A stretch of 64,000 nt of DNA from NCBI GenBank assembly GCA_002104905.1, contig MCFE01000159.1, positions 85,593 to 149,592 of the forward strand, in the 5' to 3' direction. A program made the position numbers and the translations under genes. Within the stretch, counting starts at the first letter, position 1, and the number at the start of each line of letters is the position of its first letter. This DNA comes from Basidiobolus meristosporus CBS 931.73 (lineage: Eukaryota > Fungi > Basidiobolomycota). Below, piece after piece: positions 46,842 through 58,490 of this stretch. The notes below the pieces were generated by a model. That model saw only the letters and a program-made list of their open reading frames with translations. It searched no databases and was not told the DNA's origin.

Positions 46842-49017
46842 GACGGAAATAATGAGTAAGCGAGTTTACAGCTACCAGGTCCAGAAAGTATATTTATCTT
46901 AAACGCAAAATTTTCAATCAAATCATCAACAGCGTGCGATCCCGAATCCTCAACTGAGAAAATTTCCGCTCAGATTTATTAACCAGATTAAGATGGTATT
47001 TGACCCAGACAGAGATTGATTAGTTGTTGATTAACTAATCGAGTTTAAATCTCACTTCTATCCACCATAAAGGGTGTTAATGCTTCAAGCTGCCCCGATT
47101 CAGTGTTATGCGAGCCGCCAATCAGGATTCTACTTCAACCTCTTCGCACAACAGCTCTTTCGAAAACTGCACACTAGAGCGTGCTATACCATGTGGAATC
47201 CATCAGTGATATACATATACAAAGATCAGTGCGATCTCTCTGCAATGGACCGAGGCTGTATTACCTGGTTGATCTCTGTAGAAATCAAAAGTGTTGCTGT
47301 GATGAGTTGGGTAGCACTCCATCAGCCAAACAATGCATGTGATCTGCAGAAGCCAATCACCTCACAAGGGTCGCTTTGCATATGTATCAAGCCGAAAACC
47401 ATACCCACATGGGGTTGGATTCAGATATATTCCGGTCACTGAAACTAAATGCATAGATGAATCCCAGCTATCATCCTAACGGCACCAACATACGAAAGAC
47501 TCGTCCAAGCATCCCAGTATTCGAGACGTCGACGGGTTTAGCATCCAGGTCGGCCAACTACCAAGGCCTATGCGGCTAACCTTACTTCTGCTCCGGCTCA
47601 CTGGTGGTGATCTCATGTGTTGGGAGGTTGATGGTGTTGACAGGGCAAAGCTGGGCCTGCTGCTGTGGCCCCTGTTGGTGATCTTGCCGTGGATACGGCT
47701 AGTTTGATTGAGATGGATCAGTGGATGAATTCACACCGCCCTAGCCATCAGGAGTTTGATTCAACATACCAGGGCCTGTACATGTGGGTACACTTATCCG
47801 AATTGGCCCCACTTGAGTTGGATTCTTCAAGCAGCCCGTTTGTTAAGGCCAGAAGTCGCCACCATTGATAATCAGTGCCCCTAACTTATCTCTATTTACG
47901 TCACCAAAAGAACTGTGAAACACTATCATGAGTTGCAGTGAGCGAAATCAGGATCTCGAGATCAATTAGAGGAAATGGGAGGTCTTAAGGGGAGGATGAG
48001 GGGATTAGGAGCTAGGATCATTGGCTCAAGCTCGGAACTGGATTTGTTGGCGTACGCCGATGACCAAACGAAATGGCATCGTTGAAACCGCCAGCGAATC
48101 TGCAAAGACAGAGTAATCCATATGCTATTACTAATCGCTAGCGGACCACCTGGGCGGCGGCTTGATTGGCATAGTGCGTTACGATAATTTGGGCTAATGA
48201 CGATGCTTCCTCCGAAAACGTTGCACTGTAGGGTGGCGGATATGGTAAATTCCGTAGGAATGGAAGTTCTGAGGATTGCCAGTGCCAGCCGTCATTCATC
48301 AAGTATCACTTCTCATACAGCAGCCCAACAAGAGGCATGTTGAATGACATAGCCATGTAAACCCGGCTCTGTAATTAGGCATTTATTACGATCATATATC
48401 AGGGATCGGTCAAATCATCGGGATGCGATTAGTAACTTTACTGGAAGGTAGCTGGAAGCACCGTACTAATCACGTATTCGCTACGGATCAAAGGAGGAAT
48501 TCAATCCAGCGTTGTAGCCATCATTTTTACATCGTTGACTAAATTAGGGAATTGAGGGCATATATGGAGCTATTGTTCGTGACAGGATCTAGTCAACTGC
48601 CAGAGTGCGAGCTGGCAACCCTTTGCTGATGATCACAGCACCCAAATTTGTAGCTAGGTTTGATGTGATGAGCATTTATTCGTAATATACGTATCATGAG
48701 GCTAAAAACATTCTATCAGATCAACCAGCGCGCGTTCAAACTGGCAAATCACTGGTGAATGCACCACGCATTCCCCCATCTATAGATACCGACAGCGCAC
48801 GCTTATAAAAAGGGTTGGCTGCTGTTCAGTAACTTGCCAAACAATTGACCTTCCTTTCCAGTCTGAACAGTCACAGCTGCCCGTTAAATATCGACCTGGC
48901 TAGCTGTGGTCCCATACACATTACCAGAAAAAACTCAATCCCGACCGGCTAGTTCTTTGCCTCCCCTTTCCAATCCCATAGAACCCACTGCGCAACACCC
49001 CTTCTCAATTCATTAAA

Positions 49018-49990
49018 ATGCCTGCTTGGGTATCAAGTACTTACCGTATGGGGCCCATAATAAGCCTTGTTTGTGCTTTCTTGCTCTCTTCATTGCTGGT
49101 CTACTATTCGCTTACGTTGACCTTTTCCTCCTTTGATGGGTAAGAGACTTAATCCAATGGCCGTGCAGATTCTAGTAGACTTACCGTCAATCATAGTGAT
49201 ATCAAGATGAAGTTTCCGAGAACTATGGAGGATGTGAAGGAGCTTGCCCTGGCGCTTTCTGAATTTATGAACGGACACTACTATTCGGTTCTTTATTCAT
49301 ACGTTATTCTCTACATCTTGTAAGTCAACAACTGATCCGTTTGTGCTCTAAGCCACCTTCTAACATGTTCTGCTACCAGCTTGCAGGCCTTTGCAGTTCC
49401 CGGAAGTGCTATGCTAAGTGTTCTGGGTGGAGCCTTGTTTACCAAGTGGCCTGCGTTGTTTCTTGTCTGCTTGTGTTCTGGAGTAGGCGCATCCATATGC
49501 TACTTCATTTCCTATTACATTGCATCACCAATTGTTGAGAAGTATTTGACGGAGCGATTGGTTGCTTGGAGTGAGCAGGTGAGAGCACATGAGACAGATT
49601 AGATCATGATTACTGTTATTAAATAGGTGCATTTAGATTTCTCGTAGGCGTGAGCATCTGATGAACTATCTGATGTTTTTGCGAATTACACCGATTTTGC
49701 CCAACTGGTTCATTAACATTGCATCACCCCACTTGGACGTACCAGTTAGCACCTTTTTCATCGCCACTTTCATTGGAGTCGCACCTATATCGTTCTTGCA
49801 TGTCCAGGCTGGTGTGGCCATTCAGGAGCTTTCGTCTGGGAAGGAAATCTCGCTGTTTAACTTCACCACCATCTTGACGATTACTGTTGCCGCTGCGCTC
49901 TCGTTGCTGCCAATAATCTACAAGAGAAGGATATCAGAAGATATACCAACCATGTCCCAATCAGAGCGATCACCCCTACTGCCAAGGTAA
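49018..49990 (+). CDS. TMEM41: TMEM41/VTT (SNARE-associated) membrane protein (4 exons)
   Basis: KFPRTMEDVKEL, YIFLQAFAVPGSAMLSVLGGALF, NYLMFLRITPILPNWFINIASP.L.VP...FFIATFIGV.P. Confidence 0.9.
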
Positions 49991-50606
49991 TTGGATGCTG
50001 AGATGCAACAGGTTTCAGTGAATTGTTGGGACTAGCTAATGGTATAAAGACCCACGGCCTCAAACACACCGATTCGTTGTGTTGGTTTTCGTGATTATTC
50101 TTGATTTTCCGTGAAGAACTCTGTTTTATGTGTGATGCTATGGCATCGTTTTGAACTGATAATTGTCTGTAAATACACTCGACACTAGAACTGTGGTTTC
50201 TCATTCACATGATGGCTGTGCAGTGGTGGTGGAGGTAATCCATTAGCCAGTAGGTGATTGTGACTGCCACCCTCCGTAAATCGACCTCAGCAGTAGTAAA
50301 GCTAGAGAATGGCAATTACCAGGCTATCTCCAGTCCAACGCCCATTAGCCTAACTAAAATGCTAATCGACAATAAAAACCAACTGCTGTCGGTAAGCGAG
50401 CTATCGTGTCCTCCCGCTCCGCTTACAAGTATTGTGGCTGACTGAAGTGAAGCGTATATATGCAACCACATCGTTTTTATCAAAGTGAAAAAAATCCAGA
50501 ATTTTTATAAGGGAAAGGCAGTGCAGTGTTGGGAGTAACCAAAGATGAGGCCTCGTAGAAAAGATGTTAAATGAGTTAAATTCAAGGGAAATGCAAATTG
50601 GGTGCT

Positions 50607-51605
50607 CTAAGCGGAGGAAGATGCCTCTTGTTCTGTAGCCAAGAATCCACGGTTCTTGGGATCGGAGTACCAGGCTAACGCGGAGGGAGTTAGTATGCGG
50701 GTGATGGACATAGGGGATAGTCAGGCATGTGGCTTACCGATATCTCTCTTCTTTGTAGGCAGAGCCAACTTGGGTTGGATGAAGAATCGGGATGGGGACA
50801 AAATGCTTTGAAGACCAACAGAGTTGTAGTAAACACAGGTGACCTTTCCTCCCTTGCGTTCGATCTGCTTCATGGCCTTCTGAGAAGCACGGGAAACTTC
50901 AATCTCGATCTTGTGCTGGAAACCGCTTGAGCCCTATATACCCCAATGTCAGAGCACGAAGTCTAGAGAAATCCGAGGATGAAAAACCTACGTTGCCCAA
51001 AAGCTTAACCCCATCTTTCACACCTTTCACGAGGCCAGCGACCTTCAACTCGCGCATGGTGATCTTCTGGGTGGGGTCGATACGGCCGGTGTCGATCCAA
51101 CGACCAAGCTGATCAAGGTTGATTTCGGTATAATCCTTGCCGTGACTAGATTCATCCGAAGATTGTTACGAATTGCTCAATTGTATAGATAGGCCAGAGA
51201 AACGTACACATTGGTAAAGCCACGCTTAGGGAAACGCTGCATGATGGGTGTTTGTCCACCTTCGAAGCCGGGGGTGGGCTTTCCATTACCGGCGCGGGAT
51301 TTTTGTCCCTTGTGACCGCGGCCAGAAGTTTTACCCTTGCCAGAGCCGGGACCACGACCTAAACGTTTGGCCTGGAATTGCGTCAGTACTCTCAGAGGAG
51401 GGAAATCAGCCCAACATCAAACCCCTACCTGAGACTTTGAGCCCGGATTATCTTTCAAGGAGCTCAGACCGATAAGCTCTTTAGGCGGAGTCACACGTGC
51501 GGTAAGTGACATGTAACGGGCGCCAAGCACAACACTTGGTCTGACAACGCTAGGAACGGCTAGCGTTCTGGCAGTGAACTTAATAGGGGTGATAAGCCGG
51601 TTCAT
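50607..51605 (-). CDS. MRPL10: Mitochondrial ribosomal protein uL15m (multi-exon)
   Basis: [43 protein letters not shown]...[42 protein letters not shown]. Confidence 0.92.
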
Positions 51606-52565
51606 TCTACAAAATATCCACTTCTATAAAAACCAACGATAACTATGCAAGAGTAGTCAAATACACAAGCAGTTTAGGATAGAGCAGAATCAAGTGATAA
51701 ACACGTTAATAAGGTCGTCTATAAGGAGAGGCTGAGAAATAGAAACCTCGAATGGGCTTCCGTTGTTACCGAAACAAATATACGCACTCTATGGAAGTTT
51801 AAAGTTCAAGAGTATCGACACAAGAATGGCTTTGTAATAACTTTTGAACTGCCACTTGGAAAAGGAATAATTTTTCCAATTTCCCCGCTTCATCAAAACC
51901 CCACTCTGATCTGTTGATTGAAAAATTTTTCACTCTTCCAGAGGAAAACCGTCCCTCATGCCAGCCATAGCCCAACCCAACATATCAAATTATATCCAGG
52001 GAAGACTGATTGAAATTAAACGCATGATTAAACAGGTTAGGATTTCGTTCATTTTATGGAAGTTCAATGTTGATGGGATTGTGCTCCAGTCCAATTAGTC
52101 ATGACACGCTGCACGAAGTGATGACATTCCCTTCTTACTGTCGATAACGAAGCATGAGTGCACAAGAGAAGCAATCATGGAAACACTTGGTATATCTCGT
52201 CCATCGAGTGTATGTTGCACTACCGCTACGGTTGAAGTTTGGGAAATGGCTGTGGCTCGGTTTCATAGGTTAATAGACACTCATGGCTCTGAAGCCGAAA
52301 TCAAGGCACACTGATATTTCGATCTTGCCGCTCGAAAAATGGTTGCACTTGAACCGTATTTACACCGTTAAACTGTCAAGCCAAGCCAGCCATCACTCAT
52401 GTGAGTGTCATGGCCTACAGCGTAAACCGTATATTTATTAGTTTGAATGAAAATACAGACATGAATTTATTTGTAGATGACAAGAGATGCTATGCCAGAA
52501 GGCCTGCACCTGTAGGAATGTTAGAGTATATACTCCCTATGAATAGTGATATGAGCGTGCAGCTC

Positions 52566-54783
52566 CTAAAATGCAAATTCCCCGCGGAAACCATCTAGAT
52601 TTCTTTCCATACACCGGTCAACCAAGTCTGGCCTGTTCAGCCACTCTACCGATAGCCTCAATGTATCCCAGATCTCCTCAGACATCATCGCTTTGTTTGG
52701 ACTTCCGTCGTCGCCACCCTGGAGCGCAAGTGCTTGCAATAGATGCTCAGCGGCTTCATGATACTGGCCCAGATTGATGCAACTCACCGCCAAATTGTAC
52801 CTGGCTCGGATGTAGGCGGGGTTCAACTCCAGCGCTTTGAAGTAAGCGTCAATAGCCTCAGCTGGCTTTTGTGAGTTGGCAGTTGTGGCCCCCAGTTTGT
52901 TCCAAAGTAGGTAGTCCTAGCATTCAATTGATTAGCCCAAGAATACCTAGTCGAAGCTAAAGAAAAATATGTATCCTTACATTTGGTCTGGAGGCTAAAG
53001 CAGCACGGAAGCAATCAATTGCTTTGTCATATTCTTCAGTGATATTCAACATTACTCCCAATCCTACCTGCACGTTGGGGTCAAGTTCTTTGCCAACGTT
53101 TGATCGGGCAGCTTCTAGGAACATGTTGAGCACATCTTGCTGGCGTTCGCCAGTTTGTGGTGGTAAGTTGTTCAACACCTGACTGTACTGGCTGTGGTTC
53201 TTTATCCATGACTCGAGGCAGTCGTAGGCATCTGCTCGGCAATTTTCGTTGGTGTAGGACACAGCCAAGTCCATCCAGGTGTCTACTAACTTTGGATCTA
53301 TTTTAACGGCACTTCGGAACGCAGCAATGGCCATGCTATCTTGCTCGTTCTCTTGTTGCTTCACTCCCAATTGATGCCAGGACACGGCATCTTCCGGGTT
53401 TAATTGAACCTTGGCCTCAAGTACTAATATGTCATCAATCAGATCACCTGATGAGCCAACTCGCTCTTGCAGCAACGCGGGGTTGTGCAGGTAGCGGTTG
53501 TTCAACTCGAAGCTGTAGTGATCATAGTTTGGATTGTTTGCTCGATATCCCAGGTCGGTTGCCTGATGCTTGGACCATTCTTTCTCCATGGCCTCCCAGG
53601 CAATATCTTCGGGCTCCTGGGCCAGATGCGCAATATTGCGTTTGTATTGATCAACCCAGCTACCCAATCCTTCCTCTCGCTGATAGGCCCCTGCCATTTC
53701 CCCGAGTTTTTCTTGAGCTTCGAATTCAGCAGCCCAGTCGTTCCCTTGGTCAAACTCTTTCGCCCAGTCTTTGTTCAACATTTCGTCCTCATCGTAGCCG
53801 AATTCCGCAGTCCAATCCGCATTCAATTTAGATTTCAATTCATCTGTTAAACCATTTTCCTGCGGTGCTTCTTTTTCTTGGAATTCCTGTGCCCAGGATT
53901 CTTGCTTCGCGAATTCCTGCTCCCAACTACCACCTAGATGCGCAATCAATCAAACACATTCGCCACGGCGGTCTAGTATCAAGTGCTATCTTACTCTGCT
54001 TAGCCTCCTCGAAAGCACGGTCAAATGCCTCTTCAACGGTAAGTTGTTGGACAGAACCGCTATGCTGCTCGTACCTAGCAAACTCGGCATCCCAACCGCC
54101 TTAAGGTGGTCAGTAATTGATTCTATCACCGACAGAAACACCTAAAATACCTTGTTCTTTGTGTTGTTCATAGACTCTCTCGAACTCTGCAATTTGAGGG
54201 TCAACACCGTGCGCAAAACTCTCACGGTGAGCAAGAAAATCGTCAGCCCAGTTGTTAGGCTTTAGCTCACTGTGGATGGAATCAAGCTCATGGCTTAACT
54301 GATTAAACTGATAAGCATCAAAGGAGTTTTCTTGGTTCCCCTCACGCAGAAACTCGTTTGCGAACTGCAGAATATTCCAGAAGAATTACTAAAGTAGCTT
54401 TGGATAACTTGCAAAAAACACTTACATCTTGCTCAATAGGTTGAGCAGGCCTATTTACTTGGTTGTTACGAAAGGCCTACGTAGCGTTTAGTTAGTTCAA
54501 GGCAAAAAAGAAGGGTGCAAGATTACATACAGAGCGACTTGACCCTGGCTCGGCGAAGTCCGGTTCGAAACGATCCTAGTAGGTGGAGTTCTGTATTTAG
54601 TATAAAGAGATACACACCATATATAGCTCAAGGTCTATTTGCCGAGGCATGGAGAGATCCTGCAAACTTTAAGGGTACCTGGTGTAGGGAGCGATCTTTT
54701 CCAAACCGTTCCATCAGCCCAGTCATAGGGTTACCCCCAGAGCAGTCAGCACCGCCTTTGATGAGATTCTCAAAACCAGACAT
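52566..54783 (-). CDS. PEX5: Peroxisomal PTS1 receptor
   Basis: N-terminus MSGFENLIKGGADCSGGNPM with the conserved Cys, many WxxxF/Y motifs, and TPRs (EAKVQLNPEDAVSW..LGVKQQENE, YDKAIDCF, YIRARYNLAVSCINLG). Confidence 0.95.
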
Positions 54784-55793
54784 CCTCTCTTATCAATTAG
54801 CCACGTAAAAAGGTGAGGAAAGTATAGATATATAGAATTTATAAAAGCACCAGAAGTGGAGTGGAAAGATGAAAGTGATCCACAAATCTTAGGGCATTAG
54901 ATTATCTTATTTCTGATGAATCGCAATTCATCTTGGTCCTTTTTTTGTGACTGTGCCTGCTGGAAAAGCTACATTGTATTATCCCCAAAACGCAACCAAG
55001 TCCTGCTTGGCTGTGGTTATGGGAATAGTCACATGAATCGGTGGAAATCAATATATAGTAAATGGTTTAAGGTGGCCAACATCAAATAATTCAGATGACT
55101 AATCGAGATCAATTGCTTCTTGCTCCAAGTCAAGTTGTGCACACATGGCTGAGTGGTTGAACGATTGATGGTTGAGCTTCACACATGATGACCAGTGCCT
55201 ACCTAGCTTGAGGCGTCAATGCAACATGTTTGCGGGGTATATCGATACGGATGCAGAGCGCTAACCAAGCAACATTGGTAACACACATCTTAAATGAACA
55301 ATGAAAATCTTCAGCTCAATATAATTTGATCCGACACGTTTCAGGATAGCAGAATCACGCTGAAGCCATGGCCGAATAAATCGATTTCTAAAGCTGGATC
55401 ATCCATTCCGGTGCGGTTGAAAAAGATGTCATGTACCCACATAACCTGGCTCTCCTTCATTGGAGACGATGTACAGTTCTAGTAGCAAGTATGCCAGATG
55501 AATGCAAAATTGGTTTGTGTGATACAAGCAGTAGCCATCACACTTCAATATGCCTGGCATGTTTTAGTTTACCTCGGTTTGAAGCGACCCACGTGCCGGA
55601 CAACTTAAATCCCTCGTATTATCGACTCGAAAATTTTCGACACAACACCGGAAAGTTTATCCAACACAAAACGAAACAGTTTAGTATACAGTTGTCCACA
55701 AATAATTTCCTCCTTGGCAATATATATATCAGAGCACTTCGTGGCATTGCATACATCATTTATCCCATCTTCATCTTAGAACAAGTCATTCAT

Positions 55794-56723
55794 ATGTATG
55801 CCAAATCAACCTTTTTGGTATGTATCGCATTGCTCACAGTGTGCCAAGGAATTTCCCAGGTTTGGGAGGACGGAAGATGTGGATATATCAATGGCATCAA
55901 TGTCCAATGTCTACCTGGTCATTGCTGCTCGAAGTATGGTTGGTGCGGTGTCACTGAGGAGCACTGTATGAAAAGTTGTAACTCACAATGCAAAAAAAGA
56001 CCAAACCGTTTGATAAGAGCTCGACAGGATATTAGGCAGGAAGAGGGAGTGATTACAAATTGCAAGAACCAAGGAACATTCGCCATAACCTTCGACGATG
56101 GTCCAGGGCCTGACACGGACAAACTGCTGAACCTTTTGAGGGACTCCAATATCAAAGTGACGTTCTTTGTCGTCGGTGAAAGTAAGTGGCTCTAGGAAAT
56201 GAATTTCGATTCTATACTGACTTCTATATGTGCTGAAGTGCTCGAGTCGGCAGAAGGCGTGGCGGTGTTAAAGAGGGCCTTTGGGGAAGGGCATCATATT
56301 GCTTCGCATACCTATCATCATATTGATTTGGCCAAGGCAAGCCCAAGCAAGATCCGTGAAGAAATGAAACGTACCAGCGACATGATATATCACGTTATCG
56401 GAAAGAGACCTCGTTACATGCGACCTCCATACGGTTCTTATAACGAAAACACACTGCAGATCCTGGGCGAAATGGGATATAGGGTGGTGTACTGGAATGT
56501 CGATACTCTTGACTGGCAACACCAGGATCCCAAGAGATCCTTAAATGTTTATCGAGAAACCATAAGGAATTCTTCTCCATCGGACAGTTTCATCTCCCTA
56601 CAGCATGACATCCAAGAATCGACAATCAAGGCAGCTAAAGACATTTTCGAACTAGTGAAATCTCATTCATTTACCATCACTACAGTGCCAGATTGTTTGA
56701 ATGACCCAAACCCTTATTTCTGA
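55794..56723 (+). CDS. Secreted chitin deacetylase (CE4) with N-terminal hevein/CBM18 domain (2 exons)
   Basis: Signal peptide, CG...CCSKYGWCG.TEEHC, TFDDGP, HTYHH, RPPYG, DTLDW and LQHD motifs. Confidence 0.92.
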
Positions 56724-58012
56724 GAAATAGGACTATTTATGAGAATTCCACGGGTATTTAACCGCTTATTATCTCCAATATTTCAAGAATGTAATAGATT
56801 CAAATAAATGATCGTATTTAGAGTGCGATTCTCAGTCAGTCTTGTATGTGTTCTAACATTGACCCACATACTAGATGTGAAGCATACCAATTCGATATGG
56901 GCAACTCTTCAGTAACCATAGCAATTGGCCCCGAGTCACGCTATCGGTCTATTTCTGGCTGAAGGTTTGTGGAGCATAGACCTCCATCCCGCCTGATTAC
57001 TCTCTAGTCTGTAATGAGACCCAGAGTGTGGTATCACAACAACATGTTCATAGTGCAAAATGAGATTGACACATGATAGTTGTGCAATCAATTAACTATT
57101 GAGCAACACGAGTATATGGAAAGTTGGTGTTACACTGTGAGTAATTCGTATCAGTATAAACATCATGTAGCTGATTATTCATGATAGTCAATCATCGCTT
57201 TTACTTAGCTTGGGGAATTTACAGTATTTGCCATATCGAACCCATGCCTACATACAATTATTTTCTCTTGCAGTTAGCCATTGGAATTGGCACAGTTACT
57301 GATTGAAATTGAAGTTGCTACATTTCTTTGATTAAATTAATTCACGCACGGATAACTCGTTGGTTTATCCATAACCACATAAGTTGGTAGAAGAGCTGGA
57401 GAAGATTAGGTGAAGATACAGAGTGTAGACTGTAGATATGGAATCTGTAGGTCTACATTCACCAACACTGGCTTGCACTTGGTCAATGTCAAAATGAAGT
57501 CGCTTTGTAACTCCTTGCGGTTTGCATTTGAGATTGGCACTGGTAGAGAGATTACCCATACCCAACACTGAAGTAACACTGATATTCATGGTCCTCATCG
57601 CAGTAAAGGGTGAAAAAACCTAGTTGACGCAATGTTAAGTAATTTCTAGGTTTGAATTTCCAGTCATAACACAGTGCATACAGTGAACTATGCGTAAGGC
57701 ATATTTATTTGAGTGGATGAAATGCTTGCACCATAGTAATAAGGAGTTACAGTAGTACTTTCATACCTATAGATCCAGTAATAGCTGACTACTTGCTAGC
57801 TCAAGGAATATGGATAGGGTAGTTACGTGACCCTATGGAAAATATAGTAGATGCAATTGCTACTACATTAAGTGAAATAAAGAATTGCTATCATGTCTGC
57901 TATTTGAGCCATGGTGCAACAGTTAGGGAGTAAAATCACAACTTAGGGGGGGGGGGGAAGACAGTCACCAACAGGTGAAATCTTTATTTCAGTTGAAACA
58001 AAGAAGCCAGCA

Positions 58013-58145
58013 CTACTGTTGTAGCTTTGATACAAGAGTGTGTAGCTGAGGGGAATTTGTAGGTAAGTTAATAAGAAGTGATGATAGTTCTTCAGTGCTC
58101 AAGACACTGTTCAGTGGGAAGGGGGGTAGCAAGAGAGGTAAGAAC
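58013..58145 (-). pseudogene. 3' end of probable LINE relic interrupted by the Copia insertion
   Basis: After removing the Copia element and one TSD copy, the minus-strand frame from 62.9 kb reads through (…SLINVVHKLFLPLLLPPFPLNS…KLQQ*). Confidence 0.45.
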
Positions 58146-58478
58146 TGTTGTAAAAATTCGTATTTTCCACCTAAATATTCACCTAACTTAGTCACTTAGA
58201 TCATCACCTTCAAATCCTAGAGAATACTGACCAAATTCCTTGTCGGGATTTACTTAGAATATTTACCCAGAACATGAAAATTAGATAAGTTGTCCAAACA
58301 GCCCCAAACTTTGCACACATGTTCTTGGGACCTTCCTTAACCTATTCTACGTGTTTGTAATGCCAAGACCATGTAAAAGTATAAATACTACTTTTACATT
58401 CAATAAATCATTAAGTGAAAACCACATAATCTACTTGTTCTCCAAATCACTTCCAATATCTCCAAGACTCTTACAACA
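58146..58478 (+). repeat. 5' LTR (333 bp)
   Basis: TG...CA ends, TATAAATA and AATAAA motifs, near-identical to 62465-62814. Confidence 0.97.
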
Positions 58479-58490
58479 GGCTATGAGCCC
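58479..58490 (+). promoter_or_regulatory. Primer binding site, half-tRNA(iMet) type
   Basis: GGCTATGAGCCC directly after the LTR; one mismatch to GGTTATGAGCCC, the complement of the initiator tRNA anticodon arm used by Ty5/copia. Confidence 0.75.

Noticed and set aside
30228-56723. Chitin synthase plus chitin deacetylase as a gene cluster
   Set aside because: More than 20 kb apart with unrelated housekeeping genes in between.
57365-57598. 77-aa minus-strand ORF
   Set aside because: No motif, signal peptide or convincing exon partners.
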